NCBI GenBank assembly: GCA_050506795.1
Contig: JBJHCF010000012.1
Span: 47,502-98,352 of the forward strand
Length of the DNA: 50,851 bases
Origin: Opitutia bacterium
GTDB taxonomy: Bacteria; Verrucomicrobiota; Verrucomicrobiia; Opitutales; T3Sed10-336
Direction of reading: 5' to 3'
The notes beneath the pieces were generated by a model, which saw nothing but the letters and a program-made list of their open reading frames with translations, was not told the DNA's origin and searched no databases. Positions 10,045-19,420 of this stretch are shown piece after piece. The stretch's first letter is position 1. Each line of letters starts with the position of its first letter. A program made the translations under genes and the position numbers.

Positions 10045-11523
10045 ATGAAGTATCGAGTTTTCTTCGCAGTATTATTTTTTCTTTTGGGTGGTTTTTCCTT
10101 CACGGCGTACCTGGAGACCCGTGATGAGGCGATCGACGAGTCCGTTCGGTCTCCGGTGGAGATCCGGATAGACCGCGAACCGCTCGACCGGTCGGGCGCC
10201 AACGGGATGGTGACGAGTTACGCCGACGTGCTGGACACCGTGCGTCCGGCCGTGGTGACCATTGCCACCACCCAGGTGATCGAGGAGCGGATCCGCCGCA
10301 ATCCTTTCGCCGACGATCCCTTTTTCCGCCGTTTTTTCGGCATTCCCGATGAGCCGAGCCAGGGAGAGCCGCGGTACCGTCAGCGTCAGGGTTTGGGCTC
10401 CGGACTGATTGTCAGTCCGGACGGATACATCCTGACCAATAATCACGTGATCGAGGGAGCCGACCAGATCGAGGTTTCCCTGGGCGACCGCCGCCAGTTT
10501 GAGGCCAGCATCGTCGGAAGCGATCCCCGCACCGACGTGGCGGTGTTGAAAATCGATGCGGAAGACCTGCCCGCCGCGGTTTTGGCCGACAGCGACAACA
10601 TCCGGGTGGGGGACATCGTCTTTGCCCTGGGGAATCCGTTGAACATCGGGCAAACCGTCACCATGGGGATTGTTTCGGCCACCGGCCGGACCCGGATCGG
10701 ATTGTTGGGGCAGGGCGGATACGAGAATTTCATTCAAACCGATGCCGCCATCAACCAGGGCAATTCCGGGGGTCCTCTGGTGGATGCTTATGGTCGCGTG
10801 ATCGGAATCAACACCGCGATCCTCTCGGCGCGCACCGGCGGCAATATCGGCATCGGTTTCGCCATTCCGGTCAACATGGCGTCCCACGTCATGCGCAGCC
10901 TGATTGCCACCGGCTATGTTTCCCGTGGCTTTTTGGGCGTCCAACTGATGGATGTGCCCTCGGACAGGGTGTCGGAATTGGGACTGGAACGCGTTGAAGG
11001 CGCGCTGGTGGTCGAGGTGGTGCCCGGGCGGCCGGCGGCTGGAGCCGGGCTGCGGGAGAACGATGTTATCATTGAAGTCGACGGCCAGCATGTGCCCAGC
11101 CAAAGCGCCCTGCGCTTGATGATTTCCCAGACGCCTCCGGGAACCGAAGTCCAGTTGACCTACATTCGCAACGGCGAGCGCAACGAAGTCTCCGTGGTGC
11201 TGGCCGAGCTCGACCGACCCGATTCGGCTCCGGAATCGGATCACCTGGAGGAACTGCTGGAAGGCATCAAGGTGTCGGTGCTGGACGATGAAATGCGTTC
11301 CGATTTCGGCCTGCCTGCCGGTCTTCGCGGATTGATCGTGCTGGAAAGTGACAGCTCCTCCCAATATGCCAGCCACTTCCCCCTGCGAACGGTCATTACC
11401 GAGATCAATCGCCGGCCGGTGACGAGCTTGGAAGAAGCGCGGGCCAGCCTTGGGTCGGGCCGGAACACGTTCCAGGTGTATCAGGACGGAGTGTACCGGT
11501 ATTTAAGACTCACGCTTGACTGA
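10045..11523 (+). CDS. degP: DegP/DegQ (HtrA) serine endoprotease with PDZ domains
   Basis: LTNNHV, DVAVLKI, IQTDAAINQGNSGGPL, PDZ RGFLGV. Start 10045 or 10003. Confidence 0.93.
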   Translation: MKYRVFFAVLFFLLGGFSFTAYLETRDEAIDESVRSPVEIRIDREPLDRSGANGMVTSYADVLDTVRPAVVTIATTQVIEERIRRNPFADDPFFRRFFGIPDEPSQGEPRYRQRQGLGSGLIVSPDGYILTNNHVIEGADQIEVSLGDRRQFEASIVGSDPRTDVAVLKIDAEDLPAAVLADSDNIRVGDIVFALGNPLNIGQTVTMGIVSATGRTRIGLLGQGGYENFIQTDAAINQGNSGGPLVDAYGRVIGINTAILSARTGGNIGIGFAIPVNMASHVMRSLIATGYVSRGFLGVQLMDVPSDRVSELGLERVEGALVVEVVPGRPAAGAGLRENDVIIEVDGQHVPSQSALRLMISQTPPGTEVQLTYIRNGERNEVSVVLAELDRPDSAPESDHLEELLEGIKVSVLDDEMRSDFGLPAGLRGLIVLESDSSSQYASHFPLRTVITEINRRPVTSLEEARASLGSGRNTFQVYQDGVYRYLRLTLD

Positions 11524-12403
11524 CCATTCAGCGAGTTCCGCCGGGGTACCCGGCGTTTACCGCGGACGCCTGGCGCCGTCGCCCACCGGGTATTTTCATC
11601 TCGGACACCTCAGCACGTTCGACCGGGCTCGCCGGCGGGCGGAGGAAGCGGGCGGTGCATTGATCCTGAGGTGCGACGACCTGGACACCGCGCGCTGCAA
11701 GCCGGAATTCGTTAGGGCGATGTACGACGATTTGCGGTGGTTTGGATTCTCTTGGAGCGAGGGCCCCGATGTCGGCGGACCGGCGGGACCGTACGAACAA
11801 AGCCGCCGCTCCTCGCAATACCGGCAAGCCTGGGAGAGCCTGCGGGCCGGCGGGTGGGTTTATCCCTGCCGCTGCTCGCGCAAGGATATTCAGGCCAACC
11901 TGGCCGCCCCGCACGAAGGGGAGGAGGAGCCGATCTACCCCGGCACCTGCCGTCCGGAACACGCGGGAGAATCGTCTCCCCCGGATGAATCCGGAGAAAT
12001 CGCCTGGCGTTTCCGGGTGCCCGAAGGGGAACGGGTTGTTTTCCCGGACGGCCATTATGGGGAGCGTTGCTTCGAAGCGGGAAAGGATTTCGGCGATTTT
12101 GTGGTCTGGCGCCGGGACGGCTTGCCCTCCTACCACCTGGCCGCGGTGGTGGACGACGCCGCCATGGGAATCACCGAAGTGGTCCGCGGCGCCGACCTGC
12201 TCCTGTCCACCGCCCGGCAGATTCTGCTGATCCGGGCCTTAAATCTGCCGCTCCCGGCCTATTACCACTGCCCGCTGATCCGCGACGAAAACGGCCGGCG
12301 CCTGGCCAAACGCCATGCCTCACTCAGCCTCCGCGCCCTCCGCCAACAAGGCCTCACCCCGGCCCAGGTCCGCACCCTGCTGGATAATTCTCCAACAAGC
12401 TGA
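11516..12403 (+). CDS. gluQ: tRNA glutamyl-Q(34) synthetase GluQRS
   Basis: RLAPSPTGYFHLGH, Zn motif YPCRCSRK...YPGTCR, VVRGADLL, RLAKRH; lacks an anticodon-binding domain. Confidence 0.92.
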   Translation: MTDHSASSAGVPGVYRGRLAPSPTGYFHLGHLSTFDRARRRAEEAGGALILRCDDLDTARCKPEFVRAMYDDLRWFGFSWSEGPDVGGPAGPYEQSRRSSQYRQAWESLRAGGWVYPCRCSRKDIQANLAAPHEGEEEPIYPGTCRPEHAGESSPPDESGEIAWRFRVPEGERVVFPDGHYGERCFEAGKDFGDFVVWRRDGLPSYHLAAVVDDAAMGITEVVRGADLLLSTARQILLIRALNLPLPAYYHCPLIRDENGRRLAKRHASLSLRALRQQGLTPAQVRTLLDNSPTS

Positions 12404-12413
12404 AGAACCCAAT

Positions 12414-12485
12414 CGCATCGGCTATTATCCAGGGGGCCATGCTCCCGCAGGCCCGCATCGGCTATTCCCTGGAGGGCCATGCTCC
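12414..12485. repeat. Two 32-bp direct repeats (40-bp period); the second carries the CTGGAGGGC motif
   Basis: CGCATCGGCTATT..C..G.GGGCCATGCTCC at 12414 and 12454. Confidence 0.7.
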
Positions 12486-12672
12486 GCCGTTGCCGGTGCG
12501 GGCATTCCTGCCCGCTAAAATTTCGTGCATTTCGCGTAATTCCCGGTCAAGAATCCCGCAAAAGATCCTGGCACCCGCGCTCGGGTGAGTCAGAGAATCT
12601 CTTGCTTTTTCAGGTTCGATTCGCATTATAAGTTCTTTTTATTAAGCAAATAATGGAGTACAGCATCATTCT

Positions 12673-13698
12673 ATGAAAGTTTTGGTTACCGGCACTGCCG
12701 GATTTATCGGCTTCTACGTGGCCCGATTCCTAATGAATCGGGGCGATGACGTTGTCGGTCTCGATATTGTCAATGATTACTATGACGTGACGCTCAAAGA
12801 AGCCCGTCTCGCAGAGCTGGAGAAGCTGGCCGCCGGTCTCGATGCGGGTCGGTACCGTTTTCACAAAACCGACCTCGCAGACCGTGAAGCCATGGAGCGG
12901 GTTTTCGCCGAGGAGAAGCCGGAGCGGGTCATCCATCTGGCCGCCCAGGCGGGGGTGCGATATTCCCTGAGCAATCCGCGTGCCTACGTGGACAGCAACC
13001 TGGTTGGTTTTCTCAACATCCTCGAAGGGTGTCGGCAAAATGAGGTCGACCACCTGACATATGCCTCCTCCAGTTCGGTCTATGGCGCGAATACGACCAT
13101 GCCCTTCTCCGTTCGCCACAATGTCGACCATCCGGTGAGCCTCTACGCGGCGAGCAAGAAGGCCAACGAACTGATGGCGCACACCTACAGCCACCTTTAC
13201 GGGCTCCCGACCACGGGCCTGCGGTTCTTTACGGTGTACGGTCCCTGGGGACGGCCGGACATGGCTTATTTCAAGTTCACGGAAGCCATTCTCAAAGGCG
13301 AACCGATCGACGTCTACAACCACGGAAAAATGCGACGCGATTTCACCTACATCGACGACATCGCTGAAGGCGTTGTCCGCACCTCCGATCGTGTCGCCGC
13401 CGCCAATCCGGATTGGAATTCGGACGACCCGGATTCCGCCAGCAGTTTGGCTCCTTATCGAATTTACAATATCGGCAACAACAACCCGGTCGAACTCATG
13501 CGCCTGATCGAGGTCATCGAGGAGAATTTGGGCATAAAGGCGGAGAAGAACTTTCTCCCGATGCAGCCCGGCGATGTGCTGGCCACCTACGCCGACGTCG
13601 ACGATTTGATGAACGATGTCGGCTTCAAGCCTGCGACGCCGATTGAAGAAGGGGTAGGGCGGTTTGTCGAGTGGTACAAGGAGTTCTACCAGGTCTAG
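12673..13698 (+). CDS. NAD-dependent epimerase, UDP-glucuronate 4-epimerase (CapI/WbnF type)
   Basis: [44 protein letters not shown]. Confidence 0.92.
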   Translation: MKVLVTGTAGFIGFYVARFLMNRGDDVVGLDIVNDYYDVTLKEARLAELEKLAAGLDAGRYRFHKTDLADREAMERVFAEEKPERVIHLAAQAGVRYSLSNPRAYVDSNLVGFLNILEGCRQNEVDHLTYASSSSVYGANTTMPFSVRHNVDHPVSLYAASKKANELMAHTYSHLYGLPTTGLRFFTVYGPWGRPDMAYFKFTEAILKGEPIDVYNHGKMRRDFTYIDDIAEGVVRTSDRVAAANPDWNSDDPDSASSLAPYRIYNIGNNNPVELMRLIEVIEENLGIKAEKNFLPMQPGDVLATYADVDDLMNDVGFKPATPIEEGVGRFVEWYKEFYQV

Positions 13699-13747
13699 GA
13701 GCATCAGCATTTTTTTCGATGACCCCCGAGCCAGGAACCTATTCTCC

Positions 13748-13811
13748 ACCACAGAGGGTCACAGATATGAATTTTTGTCCTGGAATCTGTGTTATCTACG
13801 CAATCTGTGGT
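13748..13811. repeat. Imperfect palindrome ACCACAGA...TCTGTGGT, resembling the GxxExxY-associated cassettes
   Basis: ACCACAGAGGGTCACAGAT...ATCTGTGTTATCTACGCAATCTGTGGT. Confidence 0.55.
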
Positions 13812-13825
13812 CAAAAAAACCCTGA

Positions 13826-15778
13826 ATGAGCGGAATCTGCGGAATAGTCCACTGGAACGACGAACCGGCGACCGAAAACGAGGTTCGCCCGATGCTCGAC
13901 GCCGCGCCGCATCGCGGTCCGGACGGAGTATTCTCCCGGGCTGAACGCAATGCGGCCTTCGGGTACCTTTCGCTTGAGATCACTCCAGAATCAAAAGACG
14001 AGGTTCAACCTCTCGTCCACACCCCGACCGGCGTGATGGTGGTCGCGGATCTGCGCCTCGACAATCGCGCCGACCTGATCCGCCGCATCGGCGAGGAAAC
14101 CGTCGAACGCCACCGCAGGGAGCTTTCGGCCCGAGGCCGAACCGCCGGCGAAGGCCCGCCCACCGACGCCGAGCTCGTCCTGATCGCCTATCTTCGCTGG
14201 GAGGCCGAATGCTTCGCCCACCTCCTCGGGGACTTCGCCATCGCCATCTGGGACCCGCGCTCCCGACATCTCCTCCTTGCACGCGACCCCATGGCCATGC
14301 GCGCCCTCTACTACCGCGTCGAACCCAAACGCGCTCTTTTTGCCACCGAAGTCAAACAGATCCTCGCCGTACCCGGGGTGGAGCGAAAAATCAATGATGC
14401 GGCTGTGGCCTCACACTTAAGCATCTCCCATCACACTCTTGACGTTAGCTTTTTCGAGGGCATCGAGCAGGGTCCGGCGGGAAGTTTGACTTTGATCTCC
14501 ACCGCCAAAACGGACACGCGACGTTTTTGGCAATTCAATCCGGAGATGCGAGTCAGGTATCGCGATGAACGGGACTACGCGGAGCACTTTCGCGAGCTTT
14601 TCGCCAATTCCCTGGCATCGCGCCTACGTACCGACAAGCCGGTTGGCCTTTCAATGAGCGGAGGCATGGATTCCGGCAGTATCGCTGCTACGGCTGGTTG
14701 GATGCGCGAACAGGGACGCATTCCCGTTGATCTGGAATTTCGTTGTTACTGCTGGGCTTTTTCAGAACTGGCGCAGTGCGACGAACGGACAAACAGCAGC
14801 CGGATAACCCGCCGCTACCACCTGCCGGTGATAGATATTCCCGGGGATGATGAATGGCCGTTTGTCAGGTACCCCGAAAGCGGTCCGGATCCCGACGAGC
14901 CGTTTTTCGGAGTCTACCAAAGCTTACTCGATAAAACCGCTGCCGCCGCCAGCAAGGACGGCGTCCGCGTCCTGTTCTCCGGTGATCGCGGAGATCTCCT
15001 TATGGGTGGTGGAATAACGGACCTGCCCGCGTTGTTTCTGCGCGGAGAACTCGGAGTTGTTTATCGGGAATTGCGTTACCTGGCATACCCTAGGGAGATG
15101 CCAAGTGTGGCCTACCGGAAAATCGTCAAGCCTTTGATCAAGAATGTCGGCCAGGCATTACTTTCGGATCGCCAACGGTCCGCGCTGAAACGGCTGGTTC
15201 GTGGGCAGGAAAACGCGGAATCGAGATTCAAACGCCGACGACATTTGAATGAGGATTTCATCCGGCGGCACAATACGCTGAACAACATCTATCTCCCGCC
15301 CGAAGCATTAAAAAACCAAACCACTCTCAAACGCTACGAATTCATCTTCGCCCCTGTACACATGAAAGGAATGGTTTGGTCTGACCGAACCAACAATCGA
15401 TTCGGAGTAGCCTTTGCCGATCCGTTCGGAGACCGGCTGCTCGCCGAATACATCCTTTCGATCCCACAGCGGATCGTCAATAGAGTCAGCGATCAGAAAC
15501 GGCTTCTGCGAGCCGCAATGGGGGGAATTATGCCCGCTGACGCCATAAAAGGAGCCGTGAAAGTGTCACCTTCTCCTCTGGCGATGAAAGGATTCCGAAC
15601 GGAAGCAAAAGCCTTGGTTTTGGATCTTCTCACCGAAAGCGAGGTGGTTCGACGCGGGTACGTCAATCCGGCCGGGCTGAAGGATCTCGCCGAAACCTTT
15701 TTTTCGGGACATGACGACCTGACCGACTTATGGGCGGTCCTTTCGCTGGAAACGTGGTTACGGCTGTATTGGCGATGA
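13826..15778 (+). CDS. Asparagine synthetase-like protein, putative lasso cyclase (paralogue 1)
   Basis: MSGICG (Ser in place of the catalytic Cys), HRGPDG, LARDPM, PP-loop SMSGGMDS, SGDRGD; same cluster as the lasso-type precursor. Confidence 0.85.
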   Translation: MSGICGIVHWNDEPATENEVRPMLDAAPHRGPDGVFSRAERNAAFGYLSLEITPESKDEVQPLVHTPTGVMVVADLRLDNRADLIRRIGEETVERHRRELSARGRTAGEGPPTDAELVLIAYLRWEAECFAHLLGDFAIAIWDPRSRHLLLARDPMAMRALYYRVEPKRALFATEVKQILAVPGVERKINDAAVASHLSISHHTLDVSFFEGIEQGPAGSLTLISTAKTDTRRFWQFNPEMRVRYRDERDYAEHFRELFANSLASRLRTDKPVGLSMSGGMDSGSIAATAGWMREQGRIPVDLEFRCYCWAFSELAQCDERTNSSRITRRYHLPVIDIPGDDEWPFVRYPESGPDPDEPFFGVYQSLLDKTAAAASKDGVRVLFSGDRGDLLMGGGITDLPALFLRGELGVVYRELRYLAYPREMPSVAYRKIVKPLIKNVGQALLSDRQRSALKRLVRGQENAESRFKRRRHLNEDFIRRHNTLNNIYLPPEALKNQTTLKRYEFIFAPVHMKGMVWSDRTNNRFGVAFADPFGDRLLAEYILSIPQRIVNRVSDQKRLLRAAMGGIMPADAIKGAVKVSPSPLAMKGFRTEAKALVLDLLTESEVVRRGYVNPAGLKDLAETFFSGHDDLTDLWAVLSLETWLRLYWR

Positions 15779-17685
15779 GTGGCATTTGCGGAATAGTCAA
15801 GACATCGGCCGCGGACGAGCCTTTTCCCGTTTCGGACCTTGAGGCCATGGCTGCCGCAGCTCGGCATCGTGGTCCGGATGGCATCATGCTCGAAGTACTC
15901 AACACCAGTGGCATGGGATACTTGTCGTTTGAGGTCACACCTGAATCGGTAGGTGAGGTGCAGCCCGTGATTTACAAAGCCGCCGGGATTATGGCTGTCG
16001 CTTCTCTGCGCCTCGACAATCGGGCCGAATTGATCGGAGCACTGGGACGGGAGCTTAGGGAACTCGGGAAAGCCGAGGCTCCCCCCACCGACGCCGAATT
16101 GCTCGTCGCCGCGCGTCTGAAATGGCCGGATTCGTTTGTTGAACGGTTGATGGGAGACTTTGCCATTGCCATCTGCGACCCTCGTCAACGCACCCTCCAA
16201 CTCGCCCGCGACCCGATGGGCATACGTCCGCTTTATTTTCATGTGGCGGCTCACCGACTCCTGTTCGCATCCGAGATAAAGCAGATCCTTGCGGTTCCCG
16301 GGGTCAAACGGGAGATAAACGAAAGGTCTGTCGCCGCCCAGCTGTGCGGGTTTCATCCACCGGCCGAGTTCACTTTCTTCCAGGGTATCGACCAAGTCGG
16401 GCCGGGTGAAATATTGACCCTCCTCGGAGACACAGTGACGCGCCGCCGATTCTGGGAAGTTTCGCCGGAACCCGCTCGACCGTTTAGGAGCGCTGAGAGT
16501 CTCCGCGCCGAGTTCCGGACGATCTTTCTTGACGCCGTTAAATGCCGGGTTCGCTGCGCATCGCCCATAGCGATATCACTGAGCGGTGGTCTTGATTCCG
16601 GAAGCATTGCATCTGTTTTCGGTTGGTTGCGGGAAACTGGACGACTCCCGGCGGATTCCCGACTAAACGCCTACAGTTGGGCGTTCGAAGAGCTGGTTGC
16701 CTGCGACGAACGGAAAAACAGCAGCGAAATTGCCGATCGGTATGGAATTCCCATGACCGGCATACCCGGCGATGACGCTTGGCCCTTGGCCGATCTTCAT
16801 CGCAACCGTCCGGATCTGGATGACCCTTATATTTTCTATTATCACGACTTGATCGACCGCCTGTTGGCCGCTGCGAAGCGGGACAACAGCCGAATGCTTC
16901 TGACCGGCGAGCGTGGCGATGCGGTGACCAATCAATGGGTTTACGACTACCCGGGTCTTCTGAAATCGGGGCGTTTATGCGCCCTTTACTCCGAACTATC
17001 GGCTCATGGAAAGTCAATGGAGTTATCGCTGACGCGGATGATCAGGCGCAGTCTCCTAAACCCATTGCTGGGAAATTCAGGTATTCCGAGGAGATACGCC
17101 AGGATGCGAAGGCGTCGTTCCCAGCTGCCGGCCTACGTTCGATCCGATTTTGCCTCGCGCGCCCAGGTATATGATCTTCACGAACGCCGCTATCCCGCCT
17201 CTCCTATCACCAACGAGGCGCGCCGCCTTCGATACGAACTTATCTTTTCATCGACTTCATTTCGGAGGATCTCTCTCATCGAACGCCATCAAGCAGCTCA
17301 TGGACTGGGGTTTGCAGATCCATGGAGCGACCGGAGAATCGCTGAATTCGTCGTATCGATCCCGCAGCATGAGGTACACCGGTTCCTCGATTATAAGCGG
17401 CTTACCCGGCGAGGTCTAAAAGGCATTCTGCCGGAAAGACTTCAGTCGATCACTCGCCTCGAAGCCAACGCCGACCCGGCCTCCCTGTTCGACCGAGGAA
17501 TCTACGACCGCAGCCGTGATACTGTTCGCAGTCTGATTATCGATTCTATCGCCGCCGAACACGGCTTCGTTGATAAGAATATCCTTCGAGATGACTACGA
17601 AGCCGCCCTAAGCGGAAAGCATCCACCCTATGAACTCTGGTGGTTCCTTACGCTCGAGCTTTGGCTGAGAGAACACTGGAGATGA
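15775..17685 (+). CDS. Asparagine synthetase-like protein, putative lasso cyclase (paralogue 2)
   Basis: ATG 15775 overlaps the paralogue 1 stop (ATGA). MSGICG, HRGPDG, SLSGGLDS, TGERGD. Confidence 0.85.
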   Translation: MSGICGIVKTSAADEPFPVSDLEAMAAAARHRGPDGIMLEVLNTSGMGYLSFEVTPESVGEVQPVIYKAAGIMAVASLRLDNRAELIGALGRELRELGKAEAPPTDAELLVAARLKWPDSFVERLMGDFAIAICDPRQRTLQLARDPMGIRPLYFHVAAHRLLFASEIKQILAVPGVKREINERSVAAQLCGFHPPAEFTFFQGIDQVGPGEILTLLGDTVTRRRFWEVSPEPARPFRSAESLRAEFRTIFLDAVKCRVRCASPIAISLSGGLDSGSIASVFGWLRETGRLPADSRLNAYSWAFEELVACDERKNSSEIADRYGIPMTGIPGDDAWPLADLHRNRPDLDDPYIFYYHDLIDRLLAAAKRDNSRMLLTGERGDAVTNQWVYDYPGLLKSGRLCALYSELSAHGKSMELSLTRMIRRSLLNPLLGNSGIPRRYARMRRRRSQLPAYVRSDFASRAQVYDLHERRYPASPITNEARRLRYELIFSSTSFRRISLIERHQAAHGLGFADPWSDRRIAEFVVSIPQHEVHRFLDYKRLTRRGLKGILPERLQSITRLEANADPASLFDRGIYDRSRDTVRSLIIDSIAAEHGFVDKNILRDDYEAALSGKHPPYELWWFLTLELWLREHWR

Positions 17686-17880
17686 TGGTACCAGGGAGTT
17701 GATTTAGGCGAGATAGGCAGATCGTGCTCGCACGATAATGGAAAACCTTATCTTACAATCAGGGCCACCTTATGCGGGAAAACCTTGACCAATGTGGACT
17801 TAAACTGCCAGATTTAGGTCGTGGAGATAAACTATCACCACGACCGTTATTAATATCTGAAGAAAGTTGAGGCTGATCCG

Positions 17881-18027
17881 ATGAAATCTGAAAATCTTAA
17901 ATCCAAAACTTATACTGCTCCTCTCCTCAAGAAATGGGGAACGGTGTCTGACCTGACCCTGACCGGTGGAACCAACCCTGGTGATGATGGAAAAGGCGGC
18001 AGCGTAGGTCACAGCAAAGGCCAATAA
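17881..18027 (+). CDS. Lasso-type RiPP precursor peptide (48 aa; not in the ORF track)
   Basis: Hand translation: MKSENLKSKTYTAPLLKKWGTVSDLTL-TGGTNPGDDGKGGSVGHSKGQ*. Leader motif YxxPxLxxxGxxxxxT; Asp at core positions 8 and 9. Confidence 0.88.
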   Translation: MKSENLKSKTYTAPLLKKWGTVSDLTLTGGTNPGDDGKGGSVGHSKGQ

Positions 18028-18035
18028 GCTCTAAG

Positions 18036-18061
18036 CATTGCCAGCGGGAATGCTGGTAGTG
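18036..18061 (+). terminator. Stem-loop just after the precursor gene (stabiliser/attenuator)
   Basis: CATTGCCAGC-GGGAAT-GCTGGTAGTG, 10-bp stem with two G-U pairs; no U-tract. Confidence 0.4.
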
Positions 18062-18069
18062 ATGTTACG

Positions 18070-19272
18070 GTGCAGGAGCGCATGACCAACTGCATTATTG
18101 CCCGAATAGAAAAGCGATATGGAGGGTTATGCGTTCTGGCCGGAACGCAATCATCTAACGAGGCGCTCGCGGTAATCGCGAGCGCCTTACTGCTTCAAAT
18201 GGCGAGCCGGATCAGCTCGGGCGTTAAACTGGTGATTCGGAACACTGAAACCGAGTCCGTCCTGGCCGCGTTCGGTGAATTCAATGAGACCGATATTTGC
18301 CGATTGAAGGCATTGTCGGCGCAACTCTCCCGTGTCCATCGAAGCGCGAAATACGTTGATTACCGGCAGGCGGAAAGGGACTGCGAAATCCTGGCCGGAA
18401 AACTGAAAGCGCGTTACAGCGAAAGCGAACTGGGCGGTTTCACTGTTTACCCTGTCCCCCGGGGAGGGTGTATTGTGCAAGGGATGCTGAGCTACGCGCT
18501 GGATGTTCGTATTCCGCGGGTCCGTGAAAGCGGCTCGGAATCTTCCACGATTTTGGTCGTTGATGATTGCGCGATCTCGGGCCTTCGTTTGGGAGAGGTT
18601 CTGGCCCGGTTTCCCGGACATAAGATCATCTTTGCCACCCTTTACTCCCATCCCGACCTGAGAGACGCGATATGCAGGCGGGAATCGCAAGTGATCGACT
18701 TCGTCAGCGCCAACGACCTGACGGATCTCGCCCCGGAGCTTTACGGCGACGGGTGTAAAGAATGGAAAACGAACTGGGCCGAACGGTACGGATCGACTGC
18801 TTATTGGATCGGTCAGCCGGAGTACCTCTGCTTTGCCTGGAACGAGCCCGAAAGTGCTTGCTGGAACCCATTTTCCCGAGAAATCGAACCAGGGTGGTTT
18901 CTTGTGCCGCCGGAGCGTTGTTTGAAGCACCGCTCCCGCTCCTGGTTGAATGCGGGCACGGCGCCTTCAGACCTCCAGATTATTCCGGAATTTCCGGGAC
19001 CAATCAGACCGTTGGAGAATGTGCTGTATGCGCAAATGGACGACAACTCGATTGCGATAACATCCGCTCCCAACGAGGACTGTTTTCTTTTGGAGGGTAC
19101 CGCCGCCGACATGTGGACGGCTTTGCTGACCAATGGCTCGAAGAAAGCCGCCTCGGCGGCCCTCGCCAACCTATACGATATTTCCCCCGAGCAACTTGAG
19201 GGCGACCTCGGCAGGTTTGTCGACCAACTCAAATCCCAGGCCTTGATCGCGGATGCATGTACCGCCGGCTGA
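18070..19272 (+). CDS. Phosphoribosyltransferase-like domain fused to a C-terminal PqqD/RRE domain
   Basis: VYPVPRGG and ILVVDDCAISG resemble type I PRTase motifs. C-terminal FLLEGTAADMWTAL...LANLYDISPEQLEGDLGRFVDQLKSQALI is a typical PqqD/RRE pattern. Confidence 0.75.
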   Translation: MQERMTNCIIARIEKRYGGLCVLAGTQSSNEALAVIASALLLQMASRISSGVKLVIRNTETESVLAAFGEFNETDICRLKALSAQLSRVHRSAKYVDYRQAERDCEILAGKLKARYSESELGGFTVYPVPRGGCIVQGMLSYALDVRIPRVRESGSESSTILVVDDCAISGLRLGEVLARFPGHKIIFATLYSHPDLRDAICRRESQVIDFVSANDLTDLAPELYGDGCKEWKTNWAERYGSTAYWIGQPEYLCFAWNEPESACWNPFSREIEPGWFLVPPERCLKHRSRSWLNAGTAPSDLQIIPEFPGPIRPLENVLYAQMDDNSIAITSAPNEDCFLLEGTAADMWTALLTNGSKKAASAALANLYDISPEQLEGDLGRFVDQLKSQALIADACTAG

Positions 19273-19420
19273 AGGCGCTTTGCTATCGATCCGGGAATCC
19301 GGCTTGCGCGAAATATAGCGATTCGCGTGATCGATGATTGAAACCGTGTGCTCGGCGAGAATACCCTTTTGCCGGTTGATCCAAGTCTCGTTAGATGTCC
19401 GACTTTTTGAAAGCACCTAA

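Noticed and set aside
351..13752. Long antisense/alternate-frame ORFs (e.g. 351-1388, 2644-4722, 5579-6967, 7649-8707, 10072-11376, 12730-13752)
   Set aside because: They shadow well-recognised genes on the other strand, have no motifs, and are expected in high-GC DNA.
15730..15774. ORF-track start for the second cyclase at 15730
   Set aside because: The paralogue's N-terminus (MSGICG) and the ATGA overlap point to 15775.
13826..17685. Ordinary glutamine-dependent asparagine synthetases (asnB)
   Set aside because: The catalytic N-terminal Cys is replaced by Ser in both, and a lasso precursor and RRE are adjacent.
17800..18024. 74-aa minus-strand ORF
   Set aside because: It is antisense to the precursor, which has a clear leader motif and the cluster's orientation.
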